The position numbers and the translations under genes were made by a program. Below, one piece after another: positions 23,986 through 41,252 of a stretch of DNA of 64,000 nt. Source of the DNA: Octopus sinensis (taxonomy: Eukaryota); the NCBI RefSeq assembly GCF_006345805.1, contig NC_043016.1, positions 26,412,001 to 26,476,000 on the forward strand, read 5' to 3'. A model generated the notes under the pieces. The model was not told the origin of the DNA. It saw only the letters and a list, made by a program, of their open reading frames with translations, and made no database searches. Position 1 is the stretch's first letter. Every line of letters begins with the position of its first letter.

Positions 23986-24619
23986 TATATACATATATAC
24001 AAAATAGGACGAGAACGCAAAACATCCAGACAGTTAGGTGATGCAAAAAAGGGGAAACAAAACATCCAGATAGACGATACTAAAAAAAACAAGAACGAGT
24101 CATTCGGAGTTTTCTTTCCTCGGTCGAGTTCCAGATTATCTTTGCAATTTCGGCTGGTTATACTCGAGATTGCTTCAACCTGGCCAGCCCCAAGGAAAAA
24201 CTAAGCTAAGAACATTAGATTCCTTGGAAGAAAGCAGCGAATGTATACGAAAACAAGGATAGAAAAAAAAACGGAGAATTTTACACAAGTACAAATAACA
24301 TGACATAGCAACAGATGTCTTTCGAATAAGGAAGAATTAAATTAAGCTGGCGTGTGTGGAAATAAAGCCTTACGGCAGGTATAAAGATTTTGCAGGTAGT
24401 GGGAGGAATATAGACGTTGCACTGACGACGGCCGAACCAAGAAAGAAAAATCAGGCTTGGCCGAACACCGGTCACGTGGGGAGAGAAGAGAGAGTGGTAG
24501 AGGCAGAGAGACAGAAGAATTAAGGAGGGGCAAGAAAAAATGACAGGGACGCAGTGAAGTGGAAAGAGGAGGGAAAGTGAGCAAGAAGAGAAAGCAGGGA
24601 AATGTGAGAGAGGGGGAAT

Positions 24620-24644
24620 ATATGTATATATGTATATGAGTGTC

Positions 24645-24678
<34 letters not shown>

Positions 24679-24718
24679 TGTATGTATGTATGTATGTATG
24701 TATGTATGTATGTGTGTA

Positions 24719-24749
<31 letters not shown>

Positions 24750-24847
24750 ATGTATGTATGTATGTGTGTGTGTATGTATGTATGCATGTATGTGTGTATG
24801 TATGTATGTATGTATGTATGTATGTATGTATGTATGTATGTATGCAT
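24620..24847. repeat. (TATG)n microsatellite
   Basis: Direct reading. Confidence 0.95.
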
Positions 24848-25446
24848 GTTATTATTCAGTTTTATATCAAGATTTCTTGCCAAAAGAGAAAGAGCCGATT
24901 TCTAACCTAGATCCAAGGCTCCTTCATTGGAATTTCAAAAATACCAACAGGATATTTTTGTATGTATGTATATATGCAGATTTGTATGTATTCTTATGCA
25001 TATAGTTGCATGTCTAAATGAGTTTTGTAGTTACGGTTTCTTCTATAACTGAAGTGAGAGAAAAATCTGTTTACCAGTTGAGCTGTTTTCATTATGTTCT
25101 TCGATTGTGTTGTTGATGCTGTGTCCAGCCATGTTGTTTGTAGTAACTCTTTGCATAGTAAATTCAAGTTTCAGTCGAAAGTTACTACAATCTTGTATAA
25201 AAGACTCCTTCAGTTAATTCATCTGAAGGTTAACCAGTTATTTAACAAGGCTGATAGTTGTAGCTTCATATGTATGTATGTACGTATGTATGTATGTATG
25301 TACGTACTATGTATGTATGTGTGCGTATGTATGTATGTATGTATGTATGTATGTATGTATGTATGTATGTATGTTTATATATATATATTTTTTCTAGTTT
25401 CAGCTCAGAGCTGCGGCCATGCTGATGCACCGCCGTTTTAAAGTAA

Positions 25447-25486
<40 letters not shown>

Positions 25487-25610
25487 TAAAAGAATAGAAC
25501 ATATGCATATATATAAACATATATGTGCGTACCTACCTCTACATGTACATATACACGCATATATGTGTACAGGACACCAAAAGACGTCGAACACATAGAG
25601 AGACATATAT

Positions 25611-25903
25611 ATCACGTGATCACGTAACTGACCAGACCATCAGATGTAGTTACACATTGCTGGTCACAATGCCTTCGCATTGTTTTAGCCTTCGAATGAC
25701 GCCATCCCGCTGGCTAAGCGAGCAGGCCAACAGAAGAAAGAGTGGTGAAAGAGTACAGCAGGGATCACCACCCACTGCCGGAGCCTCGTGGAGCTTTTTA
25801 GGTGTTTTCGCTCAATAAACACTCACAACGCCCGGTCTGGGAATCGAAACCGCGATCCTACGACCGCGAGTCCGCTGCCCTAACCACTGGGCCATTGCGC
25901 CTC

Positions 25904-25904
<1 letters not shown>
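25611..25904 (-). mobile_element. tRNA-derived SINE, distinct body
   Basis: Head GGAGGCGCAATGGCCCAGTGGTTAGGG...GTTTCGATTCCC (A and B boxes), non-tRNA 3' body. Confidence 0.85.
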
Positions 25905-25971
<67 letters not shown>

Positions 25972-26639
25972 GACAGATTGACTGATAAATATATAAACAG
26001 AGAGAGAGAGAAAGAGAGAGAGAGAGAAAGAGAGACAGACAGATAGAAAGATGCGTAGATAGCTATTATACTTTCGGAGATCATTTTGCCAGTAAAATAA
26101 TGCACTTGATGCAGTCCACTTTTGTTTTATTATCAATTAACTAAATAATTAATAACTAAATAATTAACCAATGAATTACAAATTAATGAGTTAGTCGAAG
26201 TCTCCCATCTCACAAATAAAATTATATTGCTGCATAGATGGCTACTTTAATTAATTTCTGCTTCTATTACATGTAAAAGGTTTTTATTCAACCGGATGGC
26301 TATTCGCAATACCAGTGATTCAGTATTCACTGTTTCCTGTATAGTAGAGGCGATAAATCTCATTCGTTTGGCTGTGAGTACAAGTCATTCATAAGATCCG
26401 ACGAGACCAAAATGCATCTCACACACTCGTTAGTTGCTGCTGGGTTCTTATTCGTCTCCATCTGAGGAATTTCAACCATGTTTCGTGGTCTGCTACCACA
26501 ACAGCTTCTTTATAGGATCCAGTTAGCTCAAGACATCATCAGGAGGAACCACGTCCGGTTTCGGCCCCTACTCCTCTACCGTTTTGACGTGGCGCCCCTC
26601 CCCCTTTCGGAGCTGTCTTCAGCTCTGGTGTTGGGTGCA

Positions 26640-26830
26640 TGTCTTCTTTCTTCTTATTTCTTTTGTTCCCTGGCCTCTTCGATGTAGCGTCAACGAGTGT
26701 CAGATGGAAGGGATACTGGGAGCTGGCCACGGATCTGGAAAGACTATTAATATTTCCACTCATAAAAACGACAAAAAGTCCAGACTTAGTTCTATGGGAC
26801 AAAGAAGGGAGAATAGGAATTTTGTGTTCT
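26640..26830 (+). mobile_element. HERO-like (R2 superfamily) RLE endonuclease fragment
   Basis: WELATDLERLLIFPLIKTTKSPDLVLWD (26717-26800) fits the HERO pattern WxxxxDLxxxLxFPxxIxxTxxRPDIVLW as I recall it. Confidence 0.55.
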
Positions 26831-28389
26831 AAACACTGCACGTCCGTAAGACGTGTTATCTTGGACGAATACTGCAGTAATTTACATACTGACAATCTAT
26901 ATACATTAACTATGATACATTCATGGCTACAGTATATTGTTTTGCTTTTCCCCTTCAGTTGCTGTCAGTTTCTCAAACATAGAGGATCTAAAACTATTCA
27001 GTTTCTTATATTTTTCTTCTGTCGCCTTTTGAAGAAGGACTCTATCTGAAATAATCTAATAACTTTAGAAAATACCTATCCACTGAAGTCCCCATTTTGT
27101 AACCCTAAACCCAGAAGCTAAATGAGCATGTGCAACAATTGCTTAGCACGCACACACTAGTATAATACGATGTGCAAAACCAAATATATGACACCCTAGG
27201 CTTAATACCAACTAGAACGTCTAATTTGTTGCCTCTTGAGGTCTCTGGGTGAGACATGTACTAAATGTTATAAAATTCACGACTGAATGAATGTCACGGT
27301 GAAGAAAGTGAAAGTCCAAGAAAATTCTTAATTTAATTTTTCATGGAAAAATTATTTATTTTACAATTTTGAAACAAACGCTGAACCAAGTGTATATAAA
27401 GGAAGATGCTGTTGTTGTGAACGCTAATCTAAAATATTTGCTGAAGGATGTATTTAGCATGATATAAATTAATTTGTCATTACAATATATTTTTAATGTG
27501 TAACGTTATAGAGTGTGGAATATTTATTCTACACCCTATAACGTTACATATTAAAAACTTACTAACGCAGTAAAAAGGTTGTGTGACGTTGATACTCGCA
27601 GTGATGAAGAAATATAGGAGGAATACAAGGACTGTTAAAAAAAACATTATCTTGAAACTGGTTAGGAGTGGAGTAACATTTCTGTAATTATATTGAAAGA
27701 GCTGCTGAAGCTCTCTACTTCGCCAAGTTTCCGAATTTGTTATAATAACCGGAATAACATTTTTTTCCAGATATATTTGCGAGTATTGTGAGTGGTGTTA
27801 AATCAGAGAAATCTTCATGCTGGTAGTACTTGAAAGTGAACGTTGTTGTTCGTTTAAAGTCCAGGGCGCAAGTAAACTTTCACTATCAGCGCGTTTCACT
27901 GTTGTGGGATGGGGAAGTTACATATACAAACTATGGCATACACACATACATTGACGCAGACCTGAAGCCTTTCTCTGTCCCTGTGTGTGTCTGTCTCCGT
28001 GCTTCGATGTGTGTGTGTGTGTGAGTCGTCACAAAAATGTATGTATACTGACAGACAGATACACTGTCACACACATATTTTTGTCAGTCGTCGGCCTAAC
28101 GTAGGTAACGAACGCGTGAACACACTCATATAGAAAATGTGACGTCATCGTCGGTGTGGCGGCGATATAAAATGTCGTTTACAATAGGTGACTAAATGAA
28201 AAATGCCAATGTTAAATTTTTGCATTGAAAATATGTGAATGAAAATATAGTTTAGTTGGTAGCCAAAAGGTTACTGTATCTTTTGATACCCCTTACGTCA
28301 AAATCGGCAACTCGACTTTGGAATGCATAGGAATATACGCACACGCACACATAAACTCGCTTATATATATATATATATATAATATATAT

Positions 28390-28466
<77 letters not shown>

Positions 28467-28494
28467 GAAAGTTCAAAGTGGATCAAACCTTGAT

Positions 28495-29330
28495 CTAATT
28501 ACGCTCTGAGAAGATAAAGACGATCCGCGTCTGCCTTTGGATTGTGCACCTTATTGAAAGTCAGCAACTTACGTATTTTTCTATTAATTTTCTTTATTTC
28601 ATTCCAGTTTAACACATTGAAGCTACGAGTAACAACCAGGACTGCGTTTAGCTCAGATTTTAGAACTGCTCGAACTCTGCTATAACATTCCACGCTGATA
28701 TCTTTCATGCTTGCGTGCTGAATGCCAGAGTCTTCATTTATTCATAGATATTTGTTGGTTTGTTCCTGCTCAATTTCTTTTATAACTGTGTCGACATCAA
28801 ATACGACTGAATTGTCCCTTTCTTAATTTCCCTTTCTGATAAGTGGCCTTGGCACACTTATCAAGACCAAACTCCATCCCAATCTCATCACTGAATGCCC
28901 TGCTTTCGGTTGATATCAATTCTAGGTGTAACTGTCCATCTAGTTACTCGAACAGTTTTTTTGTTTTTTTTTATTTGCTTCAAGCAATCTGTTCTGCCTG
29001 AATTGTTTTGTTCTGCTGTCAATTTTTCCAGTTTTGCCTTGATTGCTACTACTCTTTGCTTCAATTCTTCCGATATCATTTACCCTTTATCTTCTATTTT
29101 ATACGTTATTTCCAGTCTTATTCTTAAGCTTTGCATTTCAATTCGCCTCTTTTCAATCTATCAACTTGTCCCAAATGTCATTTTTAACTTTGTTTATCAC
29201 AAATTCGTCTACCCTAGTATGGTTCCTTACCTTCTCTTTGTTCACTTCTTTCGTATCCAAATCTTTTCATGACAATCTTAGCTGCAGCCTTGATAATCTT
29301 GTTGGTTTCAGTTATATCTCCCGTCTGGAA
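28495..29330 (-). mobile_element. Dong/R4-type fragment (copy E1), heavily deleted
   Basis: VRAVLKSELNA...HNPKADADRLYL plus an N-terminal region similar to copy C. Confidence 0.75.
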
Positions 29331-29479
29331 TAGTCCAAAGACAGAATCTATCGTTTCGACTTAAGCTTTTAGCTTACATGGAGGTGGAGGGGGGGTAGTG
29401 ATCCTGGTCTTCTCTAATATATCGGTACATCATCCCTACTATGTCTTGATCATCGTCGTATTTTTGTAATATAACTATT

Positions 29480-30008
29480 ACTATTTTTGTAATATAACTA
29501 TCTACCACAAAAAATGTCTGGTCTCCGACCATCGATTAGGGAGTCACACTTATATTCACTGTTTTCAGTGACGCCCTCTGATTCATGTTTGTACCATTTC
29601 CGCGTTCAACCTAGACCGTAATTTTCATACAGTCTCTTGTGAACAAATTTATCCACATTATCGTGCCACCTTTTCTGGTGCTTTTGGGTCAGCTTGTCAC
29701 ACTCACTCACAGTATGTGAGATTGTTTCGTTTTGCTGCTGCACATCCTACAAAAGGGCGATTCGCTGCTCTTATCTATTTGGAACTTGATGTAATTAATT
29801 CTCAGACATTTTCCCTCGGTTCTGCATATCAGTGCCTCAGTATATCATTTCAGATCACTTTTTCTTAGCTATCACCAGGTGTTGGTTTTGTTTTTCCCTT
29901 AGATTTATCTGAGGTATTGCCTATGCATTGTTTTCATTTTCCAGTTGTTTATACTTCCTTCTCCATTTTGTTTCTTAAATGCTTTTGGTGGGGGGCATCA
30001 CATTTTCG
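29480..30008 (-). mobile_element. Dong/R4-type 3' fragment (copy E2)
   Basis: With frameshifts: KTMHRQY, FCRMC..ETISHTVSEC, RWHDNV, RRPDIFVVD; 5' end abuts (AAT/AAC)n at 30010. Confidence 0.75.
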
Positions 30009-30270
30009 ATATTATTATTATTGTTGTTGTTGTTGCTGTTGCTATTATCATTAGTTTTATGACCGCTATCACAACAGCTACCATCATCATCATCATCATT
30101 ATTCGATAGAGGTCGACTCTGCTTTCATTCTTTTGGGGTCGATAAAATAAGCACTAGTTGAGCACTGGAGTCGATGTATTCGACAGGAGCCGTTGCCACA
30201 AAATGTCACGCCTTGTGCCTATCGTAGAAAAGAATATTATTACTATTATTACTATGAGTGCTGTTATTTT

Positions 30271-30305
<35 letters not shown>

Positions 30306-30802
30306 TCATTATTAACATGGTTGTTCGTTCGTCTCGTTGACATTATGAGTATACACACAGAGAAAATAGAAAAAGAAAAAGCGACCGCCTGGTGGAATTT
30401 ATTTAAAACTTGTAATTTAACATTTGCTCACATCCCACTGTTAAAAATAAATGACCAGAGCAAGTATTTAGACGACCTTACGTTTTGCTGTATTTATACA
30501 GTTTTACTTATTCTAGTTTTGTTAGTAAATCTTCTAAATCATCAGGTCAAAGTCAACACACGTACATGAACTTAAACTATACACTCACGCCTTCGAGGCT
30601 AAAACATATTTTTTAAAAACCTTTATATTCCTTACAAAACCAAATACACATGTTTAATTTCTGAGTATAAACTGAGTTCTGGGGTCGACTTTGTGTATCA
30701 TACCCCTGATATCGATAAAATAAAGTACGAGTTAAGTACTGGGGTCGAGGTCATCAAATAACCCTCTCCGCTCAAAATAGTTTGTGTGCCTAAATCAGAA
30801 AC

Positions 30803-33805
<3,003 letters not shown>

Positions 33806-34368
33806 GAGTAAGGGAGCAATGCATGCCATCAAAGTGACACTGGGTACAAATGTACGAAGCTCAGTATACCCATCATGACTACCCATCTGATAAGGGTACA
33901 CTAGGCACAAGCATCACAACCATATGTGCGCGACATGGTGATCTCATATCAAGATAAACAGCACATGACCTTGCTGGTGGGGCCCAGTTAGAATTTTCTT
34001 CAGGTCGAGTAACCCATCCCGCTCAAAAGGTTCCTGAATAAGGGTTGTTTAAGGATGTTGAACGAAACACCCATGTTTCCAAAGGTGAATTATCAAAACT
34101 CCAGAGAATCCCTCTCAACACATGGCTATGATGCTCCCCCACTACTTCTGCTCGTGATCAGAGATGCACATATCGTCAGCCACTAAGGGACATGGTCAAC
34201 TGGTTAAGGTCAAACAACTGACAAGCAAATCTGTGGTATTGAGCAGAATATTTGCTGTAGCCCATCTTTTATACCAAGACAAAACAATGTACATGATAAC
34301 ACACAAAACAATGTACATGATAACACTTCCAATCAGTTAAGATCAGAAGCCATGAAAGTCACTGCCTG
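33806..34368 (-). mobile_element. ~550-bp non-coding element, second copy
   Basis: Reverse complement of 7310-7854; between (ATT)n 33755-33805 and (TTG)n 34371-34415; carries a tandem duplication of acaaaacaatgtacatgataacac. Confidence 0.85.
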
Positions 34369-34369
34369 T

Positions 34370-34416
<47 letters not shown>

Positions 34417-34417
34417 A

Positions 34418-34870
34418 TAAGGCGATGAGCTGGCAGAATAGTTAGTACATCGGACATAATGCTTACAAGTATTTCTTCCGTCTTTACGTTCTGAGTTCAA
34501 ATGCAGCCGAGGTTGACTTTGCCTTTCATCCTTTCGGACTCGTTGAAATAAGTACCAGTTTAGAACTCCACCAAAATTTCAGGCCTTATGCCTAGGATAG
34601 AAAGATTTATTGTTGTTGTCGTCATCATTATCCTCTTCATTATCCTCCTCCTCCTCATCATCATCATCATCATCATCATCAACAAGGCGAGTTGGCAGAA
34701 TCGTTAGCACCAGGGTGCAATACTTAGCGACATTTCGTTCGTCTTCGTGTTCTGAGTTCAAATTCCACCGAAGTCCTTTTTAGGTCGATAACATAAGTAC
34801 CCGTTGAGTACGGTAGTCAATGTAATCGACTTACCACACCTTCAGAATCGCTGGCTTTGTGCGAAATTAT
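34418..34870 (+). mobile_element. Two SINE family 'Y' copies (34418-34590, 34682-34870)
   Basis: aaggcga(t)gagctggcagaat.gttag...ttctgagttcaaa...gataa.ataagtacc. Confidence 0.75.
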
Positions 34871-35509
34871 TATTGTTGTTGTAGCTTTCTTTTAACACTA
34901 GCTAGATAACAAATATCTTCCGAGCGACAACCAGTAACCCAGGGCAAGCACTACAACGCAATGTCATTCTTCAACACAGCTTCCGGTCGTGTTAGGGTTT
35001 TAGTTGTGGAAGCGATGATGTGGGTGGGAATAAAAAAAACCCTACAAATCAGTCTTTGACAGATCAGGATGGACGCATGCTGTTTCTAGCAAATATCTGC
35101 GGTTTTTCCAGCAGCACTAGATACCACAGAATGAGATTGCATTTACATGGAGAAGAATTTACATAAAATATGTCAAGTACCCATAAGTATAATCTTTTGC
35201 ATTTCACTTATTTTGGGGGCTGCTAGGTCTGCGTGTTTATTTGCTCCTTTTGATATTATTCCAAATGATATTATTCCAAATGTTTCAGTAAAAACGGATA
35301 ACGTTGCTTTCAGATTGCAAAGTAAACAAAAAATCTTTTGTGATTTCTATCTCCAAGTCCTTATATTAACTCACTGTTGTTGTTGTTGCTGTTTTTCATC
35401 ATCACCATTTTCATCATCATCATCATCATCATCATTATTTATCCTTAACACAGTGTAGGTAAAAATGCACCGGAGTCTTTAGTCATCTGCGAAGTCACAA
35501 GGACACCGG

Positions 35510-35660
35510 GCAAAAAGCTTTGCGGCATTTCTGCCGTCTTACGTTCTGAGTTCAAATTCCGCCAGGGTCGATAAAATAAGTACCAGCTGAGTACTGGGGT
35601 CGATGTAATCAACTAAACTCCTCCCCAGAAATTTCTGGCCTTGCGCCAAAATTTGAAACT
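35510..35660 (+). mobile_element. SINE family 'Y' copy
   Basis: cttacgttctgagttcaaattccgccagggtcgataaaataagtaccagctgagtactggggtcgatg. Confidence 0.75.
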
Positions 35661-35689
35661 ATTATTATTATCATTATTATATCACTGAC

Positions 35690-37110
35690 TCTCGAACCAC
35701 TCCTACACAAACTGGAGGCGTTGAGAGGCATCCCGCGTGACATAGGATGTGGGAGACGCGTGCCGGCATATGCCAACGACGTCACCGTAGTGGTATAATC
35801 GGCACCGCTCTCAGAGACTACGAGACGCTTTCAGGAGTATCAATTAACCAGGAAAAATCAGTGGGACGAGGTAACGAGCAGGGTGACTATTCTCACCCAG
35901 CAATGGGCCGAGAGAAAGATGTTCCTGAAAGGTCGAGAAGAGGTGGGTAACGCGTATATCCCGTCCGTCATCTACTATCGCTTGACCATCGTGCCTTGTC
36001 CTGGTCACCGTCTGATTATGTTGGAAGGTATACTCTTCCGCTTCTTGTGGAAGGAACGTATCCCGATGGTCAGGCGGTCTATCTGCTGTTAACACCCGCC
36101 TGTTAACACCCGCCTGGTGACCTGGGCACGCCGTGGTTGATGATGTGTAGACATGCGCTGAGGCTACGACACCTCCAGTGCTTCCTTGGCGGTGAACAGG
36201 TGTGATCACCGTTTGCCAGACACGTATTTCCGCAGCTAGTTCTTTAACGGAGCTGCCGTCCTGGGTAAAACAGACACCGAGAGGGAGCATTTGGAAAGTG
36301 GAATGTCTTCAAGCACTCACAACCCTCAGCTAATTGGACACTGCGATAGGTGGTACGTCCAATTTAGCTTTTTATAGAGGTTTAGTGGAGGGAAAGTGTT
36401 ACGATGTTCTTGGGCATCGAAGATGAACAGCTGGCTGCTCTTTTCCGGAGAACTTTCGACCCGGGACCGATGGATAATTTCCAAAAATCTCTGGCCTGGC
36501 AGTGCTACCGGGGAGCTTTGCCTGTTCGAGATAAACTTTAGGGAGTGCCGTCAGCCAAGTATGTCCGAGATGCGCGCAGGACGACAAGACGGTCCTGTAT
36601 GCATTCATCCAGTGCCCAAGCATTGCTGACCTGTGGGTTTATGTCGAACACCTGCTGTCGCGTGTGAGACAACCGAATCCATTGTGAAGATCGCCCCGCC
36701 ACCTTCCTTTAACCAGGAAGGAAAGGCTGTGTCTATATGCCTGGTGGCCATGGCGAAAGAGGTTGTATGATGGACGAGATTGAAGGGGCTGAAGACAAAC
36801 ACTTTTCTCTTTGGCCAATCCCTGATCAACTTTTTCAAGTTCCACTTGAAAAAGAAAACAAGGGCAGAGGGAAATGTTGTCTTCTAGCCAGTTGGCTAGA
36901 AAGGTGGATGAAAGTGGTGAGAATGGTGCGAGTGAACAGGCCTGACCTGAGCATACGTCTGTAGTTGAAAAAAAAAAAAAAAAACGAAAGGAAAAAAAGG
37001 CACCTACCCCAAAAGTCAGGCTACCCGTGGTTTTTTATGGGGTTTTTCCATGCGCAACCCTCGAACGTTTCCTCCCTATTGAGAATTTACACATTGTTGA
37101 TTTAAAAAAA
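35690..37110 (+). mobile_element. L1/Tx1-clade LINE, 5'-truncated and decayed
   Basis: YANDVT (RT YADD variant), SINQEKS, WAERKMFLKGREEVGNAYIPSVIYYRL, FRFLWKERIPMVRRSICC; A-rich tract at 36968-36984. Confidence 0.8.
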
Positions 37111-37270
37111 AATTATTAGCCTTGTTTACAAGCAAAACCTTCACAACAACACACACTCACACACATACACACAAACATTCTTTTGTTTCGTCCTGTGCTG
37201 TCCATAATGTTTTTTCTTAATGTAAACCTTTGTGGTTAATAAAGAAATCATTATCATCATCATCATCATC

Positions 37271-37314
<44 letters not shown>

Positions 37315-37439
37315 AGGTGGTGGTAGTGGCAGTAGCAGTAGCAGCAACAGCAGCAACGACACTTGAAAAGAGATGCACGATCGAAATCCTAGAAGGTATT
37401 TGTTGCCGTTCTTGCAATACATACCAACACATACATCTA

Positions 37440-37551
37440 AAGCAAAAAATTTTCAGAGGCCCTTAAAATAATACTATTTCGGATCCCCAATTTACTGTCT
37501 TGTTACGTGGATTCCCAGGGACCATATGGAACACCCAGTTGAGAACCACTG
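37440..37551. mobile_element. hAT MITE right end
   Basis: Ends ccagttgagaaccactg, same TIR type as 63295-63551; left end not found. Confidence 0.6.
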
Positions 37552-38708
37552 GCGTAGAAGACTGACAATTACTCGTGTTATACAAATGTGTTCTCCTCCT
37601 CATGCCGATGTTGTCAAAAGGGAAGGAGGCTGCCTTAGGACCGATACAGCTCAACATCAGTGATTTCACAAGAGGCTGCTGTGAGAACGTAAGGCATCTC
37701 GTCCGACGTTCTTTCAATTTCGCTAATCCATCGTTCTAGATTGACATATTTTAAATTTTATTAATCAACGCTGAAACACTGAAAGTTGAAGATGGCGAGA
37801 TTTGAACGCAGCGACCAGAGGTTTCAGAACAAATGCCGTAAGACATTAATTTTCACCAACGTTTTAATGTCTCTGCGCAGTCACCACTTTAGCTGAATTT
37901 AAGAATATATTACTAAATGTGTACTTCCATTTTATTTCCTCTCTTTCCCTTCTTTTTGTTTTTAAGATAGTATGTGTGAATTGGGTAGAATTTCAAGCTT
38001 TCCACCTGGTCGAACGCCTACTACAGAAAGTGTTCCCTCGTTGGCCCGTGCAAACTCATTTTAACTCGACGATGTTCGCCACAGGATATTACAAAATGAT
38101 CGTGTAACACTTCACACCATAATTCTCCGGCTGGCAGCAGTGGTACATTCCCCACTCCGATGCTTCAAGCAGGGTCTCATATATTTTAACCCTTGATTTA
38201 CGCAATTTATACCCTGCATCTGTTACACTTACACGATATAAAACAACTTGTATGATTTAGAAGTAACTCTCTTCGGGACGGAAATTATTAGCTCATACTT
38301 TTACGTTTGTAAACCATGTTTATTTTCCTCTTTCATTATTATCTTCCTTTATTTCTTCATATATACGACGTATATTTACATATATATAATCCATTTGTAA
38401 TTTCTATATTTTAGTTGGGCCTGTTTTTCATTTCTTTCCAACGTATTTACGGTCACCTTCACTTTTTATTCCTTCTTAGTTCCTTTCCACATTCAATTTT
38501 CTTTCTACCTTCCTTACGCTTGTTCTTTCTCATATCTAATAAGGACAACAACCTCTAATACTACAACTACCACCATTACCATTACTACTAATAGTACAAC
38601 TACTACCACCCCACCACAACTACTATGGCGGCTGCTGTAGAAGAAAAGGTTTACTTTGCAATCTTGTGTGGCTATGTAAATTGAGGTGTCTTAGGGTTAC
38701 TCACTCAC

Positions 38709-38746
<38 letters not shown>

Positions 38747-39989
38747 CACAAATGCACAGCTTAAAGTAACAACTAATTCTTCTTCAAATACATCCCTGAA
38801 GTATAATATATATAGAAATTGGTATTGGCATGAAGTAGTCTAGTCCGGCTTTTATATTTCATGTCCTGATACATTTCCTGCTGTGGCTGTGTAGTCCTAT
38901 CCTGGACAAACACTCCCTCTGGCAGGTCCGCAAATGTAGCGAAGACTGTTCCTGGCTGGTTGTGGTGCATAGTCTCTTGTTTACGTCTCTTCCTTTCTTC
39001 CATTTCTCCTCTCTCTCTCTCTGTCACTCCTTTGTATTCCCTCTTTTACGGTACGTAAACATATAGAAATAATGTTCTAATATATACGTATATAAGCATA
39101 TATGAGCTAGATCTGTTAGAAAAAAGCAGCCGAATCCCTCAAATTACCACACGAACTTGTGAATATGTGTATTTGTATGAATACGCCTATGACTGGGTAT
39201 GCGGGTATGTATGCATAACAGCATACATATATGTGTAAGCTAACGAAAGAGTCTTTACAAAGTAGCTAGGTGAGTAGGAATGACAAAATCTCCTTTGAGC
39301 TACATTGTAGATAATCTCAGAATAGGCTACCATTAAATGTATGGAGGGAGGAACTGAAAAGTGCAATGTCGGCGCGAAAGAAGTTTGTTAGTGATTACGT
39401 GAAAGTGTGTTGAAACCGAATCTCAGCATAATTGCTTTATAGCTGGCAGAAGGAAATTGTCTAAAGGTAAAAGGAGTAAACTGACTGAAGGACACAGATG
39501 GAACTGACGTTTATGGCGAATATATACCTGTGATTAAACTGAACCAGGTCACTGAAATTGAGTTGAATTTGGCTTGTCTAATTTCACCTCTGTTTCCACT
39601 GTGGTAATGGAGTATTTATGGCAGATCAAACAACTGAATTTTAAACGCATAATCAGGGAACAGTTTCGATGTTCTGTTGCGAATCCTTTTTTCTTTCATT
39701 CCTTCTTTATATTCGTACATTATATAATCCTTAAGCTTAATGTCAGTAGCCATCCCCTAGTTTATGAAAACAATACAAAAATCCTTGTACAGAACGGTGC
39801 GCTTCACAGTTCCAGCGACGCGGTGTTTGGTTGTTGCGAGCATGCTCACATGTCCGAGATAGGAAGTTTCACACAAGGGAGAGATAGAGAACTACGTGAA
39901 CGACAGTGCCGAGTGCAAGGTAGTGTCTTTTGTTTTTACTCCGCGTGCGTTGTGCTTAAAAACGTGTTTATATTCTTCAATGTGATAAA

Positions 39990-40200
39990 GTGTAGAATTA
40001 GATTATTATCCTGCTTCCAGCTTCAGTGTCGCTGCCAGGATTTGAAAGATAGGGCACATTCTCTACCTGCCCCCACCTATTTTGTGATTTAGTGGGGATT
40101 TTTGAAAAACAAGAGGGAATTCGTGTTCAGTGAACAAATTAAACACACTACCCGGCAGTGGCTAAAACGCGAACCGATCAACTTTATGTATAAGTTTTCT
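39990..40200 (+). pseudogene. Possible mariner transposase C-terminal remnant
   Basis: LKNKREFVFSEQIKHTTRQWLKREPINF resembles the segment after the mariner YSPDLAP motif; highly degenerate. Confidence 0.35.
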
Positions 40201-40344
40201 TCTTATCTGTTTGTTTCCTTTTACACAATATTAAAGCAATGGCTAAAACTTTTCGCCACTAATTTTATCTACGGGCTGCCACTGTGTTCCAACAAAATTC
40301 TTTTGACTCATTGGTCTCAATATGGACAACTTTGTCTGTAGGTG

Positions 40345-41050
40345 TTTTTTTCTTTTGTTATCCTTTTCGAGACTATTTTGGCCACTGCATCATGCTTCAT
40401 GGGAAGATAATATCTGGAAGACATTCTCTGACAGTTGGCCATAATGTGGTTGATGCCTTCAGTCTTGGTCTTGCACAACCTTACATTTGTTGTCTGTCAA
40501 CGTTTTCTACTTTTTATGCTTTAAACACTTGGTGGGGATCTATTGTTCTTGGATTACATGGATGTATCCTTCAAAGCGGGATGTCATAACATGTCGGTAC
40601 TCCACACCAAGCTTTTGACATGATCAGTTCTTTCTATGGTTCGTGTTTTCCGTGCCAAGTACCCATGTACCATCTTCTCCGTGAACTGCTCCATTGTTTT
40701 TCTTTATTTTGTTCTGATAAATAGATTTTTACCAATGCTTCTTGGGGAGAGATCTGTATCAGATCTTATTCCACACTTCTCCTCAAGTTAATTAGCTATC
40801 CTAGTTATGTTGTTGAATTAATGGCCACAAATCTGGGCAAGATAGTCACTGATCGCTTCATCTGCTTCAAACGTTATTTCAGTGTCACAATATGTGCCTC
40901 ATATGACATCAATACAGATATGAGACTATGACCATCATCCTTCCATGGGAAGTACAGCCTGTCTACAGCTCCATCGATGCTGAAGCTTCCTGTAACACTG
41001 AGCAGCTTGCGAGCTCGAACATCTATCTCATTTAGTTCTTGTAGTGACCA
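40345..41050 (-). mobile_element. R4/NeSL-group RLE retrotransposon fragment (copy F, different subfamily)
   Basis: GAVDRLYFP, KMVHGY, MTSRFEGY..IQEQ, and CCHC followed by QRMSSRYYLPMKHDAVAK. Confidence 0.75.
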
Positions 41051-41252
41051 GTTCAGAAGACCATACAGGGTCGACCTTAGGGTTGCTGGCGCCCTGGGCA
41101 AGCTGAACTTCGGCGTGTACAAGCTGACGGTCGTGGAAATTTCCTTGTCTTTGTAACGTCCTCCTTGGTGCCCCTAGCACATGGAGCCCTGGGCGACCAC
41201 CCGAGTTGTCGATGCCTTATTCTCTTTGCTCTCCTAAGGTGTCAATTCCAGC

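Noticed and set aside
24090-24130. Further hammerhead candidates (here, ~44110 and ~20382)
   Set aside because: Each lacks an essential part (GAAT instead of GAAA, stem II deleted, or no GAAA) and has no convincing stem I.
38773-39027. 84-aa ORF in non-repetitive-looking sequence
   Set aside because: No recognisable domain or splice sites; begins in a GA microsatellite.
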